Part shown: positions 23,563 through 34,753 of the stretch, in pieces
Layout: each line of letters starts with the position of its first letter
Position numbering within the stretch: position 1 is the first letter of the stretch
Source of the DNA: Melittangium boletus DSM 14713
Lineage (GTDB): Bacteria > Myxococcota > Myxococcia > Myxococcales > Myxococcaceae
Assembly (NCBI RefSeq): GCF_002305855.1
Contig: NZ_CP022163.1
Location: forward strand, 6,811,765 to 6,875,764
Direction: 5' to 3'
DNA: 64,000 bases
Notes under the pieces: model-generated
The model's input: the letters and a program-made list of their open reading frames with translations, nothing else
What the model was told of the DNA's origin: nothing
Database searches by the model: none
Made by a program: the position numbers and the translations under genes

Positions 23563-25193
23563 TCAGGGGTGATGCGCAGCGAATCGAACCGGGCGGAGGC
23601 ACCCAGGGCCCCACCCACGGTGAGCCCCACGCGCACGCCGCGATCCCATAGAGGCAGGAAGTCACCGTTCTGCTCTTCTCCCACGTCCGTCCAGGTGGTG
23701 CCATCCGCGCTCACCGCGAAGTGGAACAGGTGGCCGTCCCTCGCGGTCATGCGCAGGTGGTACGTGTTGCCCGGTGCCGTGGGCGCGTCGGCGGTGGCGA
23801 CCGTCTCCTGCTTGCCACCCTGGCGGCGCCAGACCTCCACCCGGCCCTCGCGCAGCCCCACGCCGATGGCGTTCTCCGGGTCTCCCACCGCCGCGAGTCC
23901 CGTCTGGGCTCCCCCGGTGAGTCCGGAGACATCCACGCGGGTCTCGGCCCGATAGGCGCCGCTCTGGGTGGAGCGGGCGAGGATCGCCCCCACGGGGTTG
24001 TCCGCCCGGGCCTCGTTGGGCGCCAGCGTCAACTGCTCCTCGGCGAGGGTGACGGTGGGCTTCTGGCCATGAGGCCACTGCCAGCCGACCGCGAGCGTGG
24101 GGGTGGTGAACTCATCCGCGAAGGCGGCGGGCCTGGTCAGCACCTTGCCGCCTGGACCCCGGCGGGAGTTGAGGGTGGGCCAGCCGTCCTCGCCCCAGGT
24201 GATGACGTCCAGCATGCCCTGGCGCCCGACGTACACGGAGTCCGTGGCGCGGTAGGCGTGATAGAGCAGGTAGTCCCGTCCCTGGGCATCCGTCACCACG
24301 CTGCCGTGGCCGGGGCACTTGAAGGACTCGTTGTTCCTCATGATGGGGTTGAGCGGGTTCTTCTCCCAGCCCCCGAGCAGCGTGCGCGAGCGGGCCACGC
24401 CCATCCCGTAGTTGCAATCGCGGCCGCAGCACCCGCTGCCCGCGTAGAACAGATAGAACCAGCCGTTGCGCTTGAGGACGTAGGGCCCCTCGACGAGCTG
24501 TCCCTCCCAGGGCACGTCGTTGATGATGAGCTGGGTCTTCTCCCCGGTGAGCTTGTACCCGGTGCCGTCCTCGGACAGGGGTTGAGCCCAGATGGGAGTG
24601 GGCAGCCCCCGGCTGTTGCCGTCCATCTTCCATAAGAGGAAGAGCTTGTCGTTCTCGTCGCGGATGAGCGCGCCGTCGATGGAGCCGAGCTCCTCGCAGA
24701 CCAGCGGCCCATGGTCGGTGTACGGCCCCTGGACCTGGGCGGCGGTGGCCACGGCCACGCAGAGCGGGCCCCCCTTCTTCTTGGCCGTGTAGAGGACGAA
24801 GTAGCGGCCCCGGTCGACCGCCAGCTCCGGCGCCCAGTAATTGGCCTCGGACCAGGCGGGCGGCTCCTGGAAGACGGAGCCCACCTGCTCCCAGTGGAGC
24901 AGATCCGGCGAGCGCAGCAGCGGGTAGTGCGGCGCCCACTCGGAGGAGGTCGTCGAGGCCCAGTACTCCGTGCCCACCTTGATGACGGACGGGTCGGCGA
25001 AGTCCCCGGAGAGCACCGGGTTGATCACCTCCAGCGGGGGCACGGAAGGGGGCGGTTCGGGAGGTACTGGCTCCGGGGTGGGTTCCACCGGCGTGGGAGG
25101 CGGGTTGTTCTGGGTACAGCCCGGCGCGCAGAGCGCCGCGAGCGTGACCCATGAAAGCAATGCCGCGGAACGGAGTACACCGCGTGAGCGCAT
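23559..25193 (-). CDS. Lipoprotein glycoside hydrolase family 43 (beta-xylosidase/arabinofuranosidase-like) with a C-terminal beta-sandwich domain
   Basis: Lipobox LAALCAPGC; GH43 motifs DPSVIKVGTEYW, GPYVLKRNGWFYLFY. Confidence 0.8.
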   Translation of the reverse strand: MRSRGVLRSAALLSWVTLAALCAPGCTQNNPPPTPVEPTPEPVPPEPPPSVPPLEVINPVLSGDFADPSVIKVGTEYWASTTSSEWAPHYPLLRSPDLLHWEQVGSVFQEPPAWSEANYWAPELAVDRGRYFVLYTAKKKGGPLCVAVATAAQVQGPYTDHGPLVCEELGSIDGALIRDENDKLFLLWKMDGNSRGLPTPIWAQPLSEDGTGYKLTGEKTQLIINDVPWEGQLVEGPYVLKRNGWFYLFYAGSGCCGRDCNYGMGVARSRTLLGGWEKNPLNPIMRNNESFKCPGHGSVVTDAQGRDYLLYHAYRATDSVYVGRQGMLDVITWGEDGWPTLNSRRGPGGKVLTRPAAFADEFTTPTLAVGWQWPHGQKPTVTLAEEQLTLAPNEARADNPVGAILARSTQSGAYRAETRVDVSGLTGGAQTGLAAVGDPENAIGVGLREGRVEVWRRQGGKQETVATADAPTAPGNTYHLRMTARDGHLFHFAVSADGTTWTDVGEEQNGDFLPLWDRGVRVGLTVGGALGASARFDSLRITPE

Positions 25194-25525
25194 GAAGATG
25201 TCCTTGAAGGGGAGCGGCAGCCTAGGGCGGCGCGAATTGGCTGGTCAACGAAGGATGCCTTCACGCAACCACTCGCAGTGGGAGTTGCTGGAACGTGTCA
25301 GCCTCTTCACACTTCACCTGGAGTCAGGACGCCAACCCGTGCAATCATTGACGCAATGCATTGTCATGGAATTCGAGGAGAACGTGCAACGGCCCTGAAT
25401 GGCCCTTGGGAACACATGCAAGGCTGTCAAGGCTGTGCTTGACACCTCGCAGTCGCGTGTATCAGATGCGCTGCTCCTTGTTTGGCGCCCGTGGTAACGC
25501 CGCCCGAGAGTCATGAGTTAGATCT

Positions 25526-25546
25526 TCAATTTGTTCAATTTGTCGG
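25526..25546. promoter_or_regulatory. AT-rich direct-repeat motif TCAATTTGT-TCAATTTGTCGG just upstream of the GH43 start codon, in a divergent intergenic region
   Basis: A near-identical 18-mer (AATTTGTTNNRTTTGTCG, 16/18 positions) recurs at 33405..33423 upstream of the second sugar ABC operon. Confidence 0.35.
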
Positions 25547-25562
25547 AAAGGGAGCAGTGCTG

Positions 25563-27437
25563 ATGCGGAGAGGTCCGTCTTCGTCTTGGGGTTGGCGTCC
25601 CCTGCGTGCGCTGTTCCCCCTGCTTGGATTGCTGTCCCTCTCGGCCTGTCAGGGCAAGCCCTCCGAGACCCTTCCTCCCGTGACGGAGCCCGAGCCGCCG
25701 ACTCCCGCGCCGACTCCCGTGGAGGGGACCTTCACCAACCCCATGAAGATCTCCATTCCTGGCGGGAGCCTCGTGGAGAACTGCCCGGATCCAACGATCA
25801 TCCAGGGGCAGGGGCGCGACACCGCCTGGTATTTATTGTGCACGGCGGACCCGCTGAACGACGAGGACCGGGATGTCTCGCGCGAGTACAAGCAGCGCTT
25901 GATTCCCATCCTCAAGTCCGAGGATCTCGTCGAATGGAATTACATCGGGGATGCGCTGAGCACACGGCCCTCGTGGGCAAAGGCTGACTCCGATATCTGG
26001 GCTCCCGAGATCGCCTACTTCAACGACAAATATCATCTCTATTTCACGGTCGTGGAGACGAAGGCGGGCGGCAGCGCCATTGGCGTCGCCACCAGCGACA
26101 GCCCGGCCGGGCCCTGGGTCATCGCGGAGCGGCCCGCCGTGGAGCCCCACGAAGCGCCCTGCTGTGGAAACTCCAAGCGGTGGACGTATGATCCGGAAGT
26201 CCTCATCACCGCCAACGGTGACAAGTATATCTATTACGGCAGCTATTACGGTGGCGTGTCGGTGCGCGCGCTCTCGGAGGATGGACTCACCTCGGATCCG
26301 TACACCCAGGTGGAGGTCACCGTCGCCAATCGTTACGAGGCGCCCAGCATCGTCCAGCACGACGGGTACTATTACCTGCTGGTGTCCTCGGCGAACTGCT
26401 GCAACGGCCCCCTGACGGGCTATGGCGTCTTCGCCGGCCGTTCCAAGAGTCCTTACGGACCCTTCGTGGATCGCGAGGGCGTGCGTCTCACCCTCAACCG
26501 CGTGGGCGGCACGCCCGTGCTGGGCGCCAATGGCAACCGGTGGGTGGGAACGGGTCACAATTCCGTGTTCACCGACCCGGGTGGCCAGGACTGGATTGTC
26601 TATCACGCCATCGATCGATCCGAGCCCTACCTCGCGCCCGCCCCCAATGGCGAATTGCCTCCCAAGCGGCAGGCGCTGATGGACGCGCTGGACTGGGTGG
26701 AGGGCTGGCCCGTGGTGCGCGGAGGCCAGGGCCCCTCGGACAGCCCACAGCCGGCTCCCGCGGCTCGCGCCAACGAGAAGAGCCGCTACCTGCCCACCTA
26801 CGTGGAGCACGACGCTCCGGGTGCGCTCCTGGAATCGGACGAGTTCGAGGGCACCTCGCTGGGCTCTCCCTGGTCCTGGACGCGGGAGTCGAAGGCTGTC
26901 CATGGCGTGGGTGAGGGGGTCTTGCGCTTCGACACCCAGGCCGCGGATCTGCACGAGAACGACAACAGTGCCTCCATCCTCTGGAGGCCCGCGCCCGTGG
27001 GCAACTTCCTCGTCGAGACGAAGATGTCCCTGAACCTGCCGCCCGTGAGCTGCTGTCACAACTACGTACAGGCCGGGCTCCTCGTCCACACGGACGATGA
27101 CAACTACGTGCGGCTGACCCACGTGTCGAGCTGGGAGACGCGGCAGATCGCCTTCTCCAAGGAGCAGGGCCCCGTGGTGCCCGCGGGCCATCCGCGCTTT
27201 GGCGAGACGTTCGGCGGCCCCGCGGACGAGACCGTCTGGCTGCGGATCGCCCGGCGCGTTCAGGGCGCCGAGGAGCTGTACACGGCGTATTCGAGCCGGG
27301 ATGGCGCCACGTGGAGCCGGACCGCGACCTGGACCCACTCGCTGGGCGCGAGCGCCCGTCTGGGTCTGGTGTCGATGGGGGGCGCGGGCTTCACCGCCAC
27401 CTTCGATTACGTGCGTGTTCATGAGTTGAGGCCGTAA
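25563..27437 (+). CDS. Lipoprotein GH43-family glycoside hydrolase (arabinanase/xylosidase-like) with a C-terminal LamG/beta-sandwich domain
   Basis: Lipobox LLGLLSLSAC; RBS GGAAAGGGAG. GH43 five-bladed-propeller motifs (DPTII..., WAPEIAYFNDKYHLYFT, YYYLLVSS). Confidence 0.8.
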   Translation: MRRGPSSSWGWRPLRALFPLLGLLSLSACQGKPSETLPPVTEPEPPTPAPTPVEGTFTNPMKISIPGGSLVENCPDPTIIQGQGRDTAWYLLCTADPLNDEDRDVSREYKQRLIPILKSEDLVEWNYIGDALSTRPSWAKADSDIWAPEIAYFNDKYHLYFTVVETKAGGSAIGVATSDSPAGPWVIAERPAVEPHEAPCCGNSKRWTYDPEVLITANGDKYIYYGSYYGGVSVRALSEDGLTSDPYTQVEVTVANRYEAPSIVQHDGYYYLLVSSANCCNGPLTGYGVFAGRSKSPYGPFVDREGVRLTLNRVGGTPVLGANGNRWVGTGHNSVFTDPGGQDWIVYHAIDRSEPYLAPAPNGELPPKRQALMDALDWVEGWPVVRGGQGPSDSPQPAPAARANEKSRYLPTYVEHDAPGALLESDEFEGTSLGSPWSWTRESKAVHGVGEGVLRFDTQAADLHENDNSASILWRPAPVGNFLVETKMSLNLPPVSCCHNYVQAGLLVHTDDDNYVRLTHVSSWETRQIAFSKEQGPVVPAGHPRFGETFGGPADETVWLRIARRVQGAEELYTAYSSRDGATWSRTATWTHSLGASARLGLVSMGGAGFTATFDYVRVHELRP

Positions 27438-27484
27438 GCAGGTCTGTCTTGGCTTGAAACGCTGTTCGTCGTCTGGAGAAACCC

Positions 27485-28462
27485 ATGAGATGGATGTGGA
27501 TGGTCGCGCTGATCGCGCTGATGGGCTGTAAGTCCGAGAACAAGGCCCCGGCGGCCGAGGGAGGCACGGCCGCCGCTCCCTCCGCGGAGAAGAAGCTCTC
27601 GGTGGGCTTTTCCCAGGTGGGTGCCGAGAGTGCCTGGCGCACGGCGGAGACCAAGTCCATCCGGGGCGAGGCCGAGAAGCGCGGCGTGGATCTCAAGTTC
27701 GCGGATGCCCAGGGCAAGCAGGCCCAGCAGATCCAGGCCCTCACGTCCTTCATCGCGCAGAAGGTGGACTTCATCGTGCTCGCGCCGGTCGTCGAGACGG
27801 GCTGGGAAGTCGTCCTGCGCCAGGCCAAGGAGGCCAACATCCCGGTCATCCTGGTGGACCGGGGCATCAAGGTGAGCGACGACAGCCTCTACACCACGCT
27901 CATCGCCAGTGATTTCGTGGCCGAGGGGCGCATGGCGGCCGAGTGGCTGGCGAAGCAGACCAACGGCAAGGCCAACATCTACGAGCTGCAGGGCTCCACG
28001 GGCGCCGCTCCGGCGATTGACCGGAAGAAGGGCTTCGAGGAGGGCATCCAGCAGTACCCCGAGATGAAGATCGTCAAGAGCCAGAGCGCCGACTTCACCC
28101 GCGCCAAGGGCAAGGAAGTCATGGAGGCGTTCATCAAGTCGGATCGCGATCAGATCCAGGCCGTCTACGCCCACAACGACGACATGGCCCTGGGTGCCAT
28201 CCAGGCCCTGGACGAGGCCGGAATGAAGCCGGGCGAGCAGGTCACCGTCATCTCGGTGGACGCGGTGAAGGGAGCCTTCGAGGCGATGGTCGCCGGCAAG
28301 CTCAACGCCACCGTCGAGTGCAACCCGCTCATGGGTCCGCTCGTCTTCGACACGATCAACAAGCTGCGCGCTGGAGAGAAGGTCGAGAAGTTCATCCAGA
28401 GCAAGGACCAGCTCTTCGAGAAGACGAGCGCGGCGCAGGTCATTGGTTCGCGTGAGTACTGA
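27485..28462 (+). CDS. Periplasmic sugar-binding lipoprotein of an ABC transporter (YtfQ-like furanose-binding, PBP1 family)
   Basis: Lipobox ALIALMGC; ribose/galactofuranose-binding-like sequence. Confidence 0.75.
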   Translation: MRWMWMVALIALMGCKSENKAPAAEGGTAAAPSAEKKLSVGFSQVGAESAWRTAETKSIRGEAEKRGVDLKFADAQGKQAQQIQALTSFIAQKVDFIVLAPVVETGWEVVLRQAKEANIPVILVDRGIKVSDDSLYTTLIASDFVAEGRMAAEWLAKQTNGKANIYELQGSTGAAPAIDRKKGFEEGIQQYPEMKIVKSQSADFTRAKGKEVMEAFIKSDRDQIQAVYAHNDDMALGAIQALDEAGMKPGEQVTVISVDAVKGAFEAMVAGKLNATVECNPLMGPLVFDTINKLRAGEKVEKFIQSKDQLFEKTSAAQVIGSREY

Positions 28463-29936
28463 GCCCGTCCTCGTCGCGCGCGGGGTGCAGAAGCGGTTTC
28501 CCGGGGTCCACGCGCTGGCGGGCGTGGACCTCGAGGTTCGGCCCGGTGAAGTGCATGCCTTGATGGGGCAGAACGGCGCCGGGAAGTCGACGCTCATCAA
28601 GATCCTGACGGGTGTCTACTCGAGGGACGGTGGGACGCTGACCCTCGAGGGTCGCGACTTCCACCCCAGCTCGCCCGGCGATGCCCAGAAGAAGGGCATC
28701 AGCACCATCTACCAGGAACTCAGCCTCATCCCGACCCTGACGGTGGCGGAGAACCTGTTCCTGGGCCGCGCGCCCCGCCGTTGGTTCGGGATCGACTGGC
28801 GCTCCATGCGGCGTCAGGCGGAAGAACTCCTCGCGACCTTCGATCTGCGCGTCGACGTGACCCAGCCCCTGGGTTCCCTGTCGGCCGCCGTGCAACAGCT
28901 CGTGGCGATCGCCCGCGCGGTGCACACCCAGGCCCGTGTCCTCATCATGGACGAGCCGACCTCGAGCCTCGACAGTCACGAGACGGAGGTGTTGCTCGAC
29001 ACCATCGTGCGGCTCAAGGAGCGGGGACTGGGGATCGTCTTCGTCACCCACTTCCTGGATCAGGTGTACCGCGTCAGTGACCGGATCACCGTCCTGCGCA
29101 ACGGCGCGCACGTGGGCACGTACGAGGCCTCCCAGCTGTCGCGGCTGGAGCTGGTCTCCCACATGCTGGGCAAGGTTCCCGATGAAGTGGAGCCCATGCT
29201 TCGCGAGCACGTGGAGGTGCCCAGGCCCGTGGTCGTGTCCGCTCAGGGGCTGGCGCGCCGGGGGGTGCCATCGTTCGATCTGACCCTGCACGCGGGCGAG
29301 GTCGTCGGCTTCGCGGGCCTGCTCGGCTCGGGCCGGACGGAGGCCGCGCGGCTGCTCTTTGGCGCGGATCACGCCCGGAGCGGCACCCTCAACGGGGAGT
29401 CCCCCAAGAGCCCCCGCCACGCGATCGCCATGGGAATGGCCTTCTGCCCCGAGGATCGGAAGGCGGAAGGCATCTTCCCGGAACTGTCCGTGCGCGAGAA
29501 CATCGCCGTGGTGGTTCAGCGCAAGTGGGGCTTCTTCGTGTCCCGCGCGCGCCAGGAAGCGCTCGCCCAGGAGTTCGTGACGAAGCTGGGCATCAAGACG
29601 CCTTCGGTCGAGCAGCCCATCCGCCTGCTCAGTGGAGGCAACCAGCAGAAGGTCATCCTCGCCCGGTGGCTCGCCTACGAGCCCCGCCTGCTCATCCTCG
29701 ATGAGCCCACGCGAGGCATCGACGTGGGGGCCAAGGGGGAGATCGAACGGCTCATCCACCAACTCTCCGCCAGGGGACTCGCGGTGCTCTTCATCTCGGC
29801 GGCGTTGGAGGAAGTGCTGCGCCTGTCTCATCGCATCGCCGTCTTCCGGGATCGCAAGAAGGTGGGCGAGTTGTCCCAGACGACGCTTCCGGAGGTCATG
29901 AAGGTGATTGCCAGTGAGGATTCCCATGCGCCCTAG
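28443..29936 (+). CDS. Sugar ABC transporter ATP-binding protein with two ABC domains (YtfR/RbsA-like)
   Basis: Two Walker A motifs and two signature (LSGGNQQKV) motifs; 497 aa. Confidence 0.85.
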   Translation: MVRVSTEPVLVARGVQKRFPGVHALAGVDLEVRPGEVHALMGQNGAGKSTLIKILTGVYSRDGGTLTLEGRDFHPSSPGDAQKKGISTIYQELSLIPTLTVAENLFLGRAPRRWFGIDWRSMRRQAEELLATFDLRVDVTQPLGSLSAAVQQLVAIARAVHTQARVLIMDEPTSSLDSHETEVLLDTIVRLKERGLGIVFVTHFLDQVYRVSDRITVLRNGAHVGTYEASQLSRLELVSHMLGKVPDEVEPMLREHVEVPRPVVVSAQGLARRGVPSFDLTLHAGEVVGFAGLLGSGRTEAARLLFGADHARSGTLNGESPKSPRHAIAMGMAFCPEDRKAEGIFPELSVRENIAVVVQRKWGFFVSRARQEALAQEFVTKLGIKTPSVEQPIRLLSGGNQQKVILARWLAYEPRLLILDEPTRGIDVGAKGEIERLIHQLSARGLAVLFISAALEEVLRLSHRIAVFRDRKKVGELSQTTLPEVMKVIASEDSHAP

Positions 29937-30906
29937 GAACTTCTGGCCGTGGGTGGCGTTGGGATCGTTGTTGATCTTCAACCTCTTCTTCACCCAGGGC
30001 TTCGCGCGGCTCGAGTTCCGCGACGGCAGGCTCTTTGGCACGCTCGTGGACATCTTCCAGAACGGCGCGCCCGTCATGCTCCTGGCGGTGGGCATGACGC
30101 TCGTCATCGCCCTGGGTGGAATCGATCTGTCCGTGGGCTCGGTGATGGCGCTGTCGGGCGCGGTCGCGGCGCTGCTGATGACGGAGCACGCGCAGCCGGT
30201 GCCCGTGGCGGTGGCGCTCGCGCTGGCGGTGGCGCTCGGAATCGGAGCCCTCAATGGCGCGCTCGTCACCTATGGGGGCGTCCAACCCATCATCGTGACG
30301 CTGGTGTTGTTGGTGATGGGGCGGGGTGTGGCGCAGACGCTCACCCAGGATCAGAAGGTCCGCTTCGAGGTGCCGGCCTTCGAGTTCATCGGCAACGGGA
30401 CGGTCTTGGGCCTGCCGTTCCCCGTGCTCCTGGTGGCGGCGGTGGCCCTGCTCGTGGGGCTGCTGCTGCGCAACACGGCGACGGGTCTCTACCTGGAGGC
30501 CATGGGGAGCAATCCGCGAGCGGCCCGGCTCTGTGGCCTGCGGGTGCATGTCATCCAGATGCTGGCCTTCATGGCGTCGTCGCTGTGCGCGGGCCTCGCG
30601 GGGCTCATCGCCGCGGCGGACATCAAGGAAGCGGATGTGGCCAATGCCGGACTCTACCTGGAATTGGACGCCATCCTCGCCGTCGTCCTGGGCGGCACCA
30701 GCCTGACGGGGGGCCGCGCCAACCTGGTGGGCTCGCTCATTGGCGCCACCTTCATCCAGACCCTCACCACCATGCTCCAGATGCGCGGAGTCATCACCGA
30801 GCACACGCTCATCATCAAGGCCGCCGTGGCGCTCGGCGTGTGTTTCATGCAGACCCCCGCCTTCGAGCGGTTGACCCGGCGGGTCCGGTCCGCGGAGGCC
30901 GCGTGA
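29926..30906 (+). CDS. Sugar ABC transporter permease (YtfT-like)
   Basis: Polytopic membrane protein. An ATG start at 29926 was preferred over the TTG at 29908. Confidence 0.8.
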   Translation: MRPRNFWPWVALGSLLIFNLFFTQGFARLEFRDGRLFGTLVDIFQNGAPVMLLAVGMTLVIALGGIDLSVGSVMALSGAVAALLMTEHAQPVPVAVALALAVALGIGALNGALVTYGGVQPIIVTLVLLVMGRGVAQTLTQDQKVRFEVPAFEFIGNGTVLGLPFPVLLVAAVALLVGLLLRNTATGLYLEAMGSNPRAARLCGLRVHVIQMLAFMASSLCAGLAGLIAAADIKEADVANAGLYLELDAILAVVLGGTSLTGGRANLVGSLIGATFIQTLTTMLQMRGVITEHTLIIKAAVALGVCFMQTPAFERLTRRVRSAEAA

Positions 30907-31865
30907 ACTTCCTGCGCAAGCACGTCACCGTCCTGGCGGGAGGGCTCGTCTACCTCCTGCTCTACGCGATCGCGGCCATGCGGTACGACGGCTTCTTCTC
31001 GCTGCCGGTCTTCATCAACTTCCTGTCCAACAACGCGGTGCTCGGCATCGTCGCGGTGGGCATGACGTTCGTCATCCTCTCGGGCGGAATCGACTTGTCC
31101 GTGGGCGCCGTCATGTCGTTCTCCAGCGTGCTCATCGGCGTGCTCATCATGAAGCATGGCTGGAACGTGTACGCCGCCATCGCCGCGTCGCTCGTGTGTG
31201 GCGCCACGTTGGGGACGTTGATGGGCGCCATCATCCACTCGACGGGCATCAAGCCCTTCATCGTCACGCTCGCGGGCATGTTCTTCGTGCGGGGCCTCGC
31301 GTTCCTCATCCACCTGGAGTCCATCGCCATCTCGGATGCGCGGCATACGGCGCTCGCCATCGCCCGGGTGGGTCCCCTGCCGCTCATCGCCGTCCTGTTC
31401 CTGGGGTTCGTCGCCGTGGGCTGGTACGTGGCGGTGCTCACGCCCTTTGGCCGCAACGTGTACGCGCTGGGGGGAGGGGAGGATGCGGCACTGCTCATGG
31501 GCCTGCCCGTGCGGCGCACGCGGATCGCCGTCTACGCGGTGAGCGGCTTCTGCGCGTCCTTCGCCGGAGCGGCGCTGTCCTTCTACTTGTCGAGCGGCAG
31601 CCACCTGGAGGGCGTGGGCATGGAGCTGGATGCCATCGCCACCGTGGTGATTGGCGGCACGCTGCTCGCGGGTGGGGTGGGCTCGGTGTTCGGCACGCTC
31701 ATTGGCGTGCTGATGCTGGGGCTCATCCTCACGTCCATCACCACCTACGAGGGGATGATGAGCTCGGGGATGACCCGGGTGGCCATCGGCGCGCTGCTGC
31801 TCGCGTTCGTGCTCCTGCAGAAGGTGCTGACGCGGCGGGTGGCGGGCGTGGGCCGCGCCACCTGA
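30903..31865 (+). CDS. Sugar ABC transporter permease (YjfF-like)
   Basis: GTGA overlap with the upstream permease. Only the 3' two-thirds of track ORF 29949..31865 is real. Confidence 0.8.
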   Translation: MNFLRKHVTVLAGGLVYLLLYAIAAMRYDGFFSLPVFINFLSNNAVLGIVAVGMTFVILSGGIDLSVGAVMSFSSVLIGVLIMKHGWNVYAAIAASLVCGATLGTLMGAIIHSTGIKPFIVTLAGMFFVRGLAFLIHLESIAISDARHTALAIARVGPLPLIAVLFLGFVAVGWYVAVLTPFGRNVYALGGGEDAALLMGLPVRRTRIAVYAVSGFCASFAGAALSFYLSSGSHLEGVGMELDAIATVVIGGTLLAGGVGSVFGTLIGVLMLGLILTSITTYEGMMSSGMTRVAIGALLLAFVLLQKVLTRRVAGVGRAT

Positions 31866-31871
31866 AGAAGA

Positions 31872-31916
31872 AAAGGCCCGCTTCCGGACGGTGGTGAGCC
31901 ACCGGGAAGCGGGCCT
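31872..31916. terminator. Strong hairpin (AAGGCCCGCTTCCGG...CCGGGAAGCGGGCCTT) between convergent genes
   Basis: 15-bp near-perfect stem with an A-run 5' and TT 3'; lies 7 nt after the permease stop. Confidence 0.6.
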
Positions 31917-31940
31917 TGGGAGCCAGGGCTCGGGCGGTGG

Positions 31941-33341
31941 TTAGAACCACCACTCGACGCGGGCACCCGCGTAGTGGCCGACCTTCTTGTTCACGTCCTT
32001 GTAGAGCTGCTGGTAGGGCGAGTAGAGGCCCAGGGCGGCGGCATCGTTGTAGAAGGCCGCCGTATAGAACACGCGGAAGTGGGGGCGGTTCCAGAGGCTG
32101 TTGCCCGCGATGGGGATGAAGGTGGGGATGATGGACAACTTCGTGACCGTGGCCAGGTCTCCCACGTGGGGCTTGAGACCCGAGTAGTGCGCCTCGGCGA
32201 GCAGGTGGAAGTTCTGGTGCAGGTAGTAGGCACCACGCGCGCCCACGCCGAAGTCCAGGGAGCTGTCGTCAAACCACGTGCCCGCCCCGATGTTCCGGCC
32301 CTCGCCCTTGTTGTAGTGCACCATGCCGTAGGCGTTGAGGCTGAACTGGGTGCCGAAGTTGTAGAGGAAGTGCTCCACGAACTGGAGGCCCGCGGCCTCG
32401 TCATACCGGCCCTGGGCGTTCGGCGCGCCGAACGGGTCGAACGTCTGCGCACCGGCGCGGCTGCCGCTGGAGGCGCGGGTGCCATAGCGGATGGACATGT
32501 CGTTGAAGCTGCCGTTGCCCAGGTCCAGGTGGCCCTTCACGCCCACCACCCAGCCGTAGTCATCATTGAGACCCACCTGCGAGCCATCCGTCAGGGTGCG
32601 CTTCGTCTGCGGCAGCAGGTGGAGCTCGGCCAGTCCGTGCAGCGAGTGGCCGGCCTCGAACTTGTGCGCGTACTGCGCGACGAACACCGTGCGCTGACGG
32701 CGCAGGTCCAGCACGCCGTCACCGTCGGTGTCGTAGTTGTACTGGGCGGTGTTGGTGGTGGTGTTCATGATGATGGCGAGATCCCAGTCGCCATACGCCA
32801 GACCACCGCCCTGTCCGGCCAGGTTGTTGAAGTAGAACGTATCCGCGATGTGCACGTCCGTGCCGCGGTAGAAGCGGGCGCCGCCCCACACACGCAGACC
32901 CTGGATGCCGATGTTGCCCGACTCCATGTAGGCCTGGAACACCTCGATATCGAGCGCATCCGTGGAGCGATCGCTGATGACGCCGAGGAACAGGCCGGCC
33001 TTCATGTACATGGCCGGCGTGAGCACGAAGTCCACGTAGGGCTGCGTGGGATCCGTGGTGCGCTCTAGCAGGTGGAGCTTGATGGTCGGCTCGAGATAGT
33101 CGCCTTCCTCCAGACGGCCGCCGACGGCGCTGCCGGTCAGGTTCATGCGGTTGCCGTTCACGTACCGGCCCGAGGTCAAATCCCAGGCCGTTCCAACACG
33201 GCCATACATCGACACTTCCAGGCGATCCGCCAGGAGACTCGCGTGGGCCGTCGTCGAAACGGACGCCAACGCGATGACGCACAGCATCAAACAGACACGC
33301 CAGGAGGCACGGGGCAAGGTGGAGGGGGGGGCAACTGTCAT
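31941..33341 (-). CDS. Carbohydrate-selective outer-membrane porin (OprB/LamB-like)
   Basis: Signal peptide; beta-rich with alternating aromatic residues; C-terminal ...GARVEWWF with terminal Phe. Confidence 0.5.
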   Translation of the reverse strand: MTVAPPSTLPRASWRVCLMLCVIALASVSTTAHASLLADRLEVSMYGRVGTAWDLTSGRYVNGNRMNLTGSAVGGRLEEGDYLEPTIKLHLLERTTDPTQPYVDFVLTPAMYMKAGLFLGVISDRSTDALDIEVFQAYMESGNIGIQGLRVWGGARFYRGTDVHIADTFYFNNLAGQGGGLAYGDWDLAIIMNTTTNTAQYNYDTDGDGVLDLRRQRTVFVAQYAHKFEAGHSLHGLAELHLLPQTKRTLTDGSQVGLNDDYGWVVGVKGHLDLGNGSFNDMSIRYGTRASSGSRAGAQTFDPFGAPNAQGRYDEAAGLQFVEHFLYNFGTQFSLNAYGMVHYNKGEGRNIGAGTWFDDSSLDFGVGARGAYYLHQNFHLLAEAHYSGLKPHVGDLATVTKLSIIPTFIPIAGNSLWNRPHFRVFYTAAFYNDAAALGLYSPYQQLYKDVNKKVGHYAGARVEWWF

Positions 33342-33404
33342 GGATTCAATCTCACAATGGGTCCGCAGGGCAGTTCGCACTCTGCTGCACATACTCTGAC
33401 ACCG

Positions 33405-33423
33405 AATTTGTTGGGTTTGTCGA
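33405..33423. promoter_or_regulatory. Second copy of the AATTTGTT-NN-RTTTGTCG motif (AATTTGTTGGGTTTGTCGA), flanked by two CTGCTGCAC 9-mers
   Basis: Sits in the divergent porin/ABC-operon intergenic region, 59 nt upstream of the binding-protein start. Confidence 0.35.
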
Positions 33424-33481
33424 GAAAATTAGAGATGCTGCTGCACGCCGTCCTTACCCCCCCACTGGAGGCAGAACCGAC

Positions 33482-34746
<1,265 letters not shown>

Positions 34747-34753
<7 letters not shown>

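Noticed and set aside
29949-31865. 638-aa ORF spanning both permease genes; likewise 35220..36512
   Set aside because: The 5' portions are out-of-frame overlaps of the upstream permease. Only the 3' parts, from the GTG at 30903 and the ATG at 35676, match membrane-permease sequence and show ATGA/GTGA coupling.
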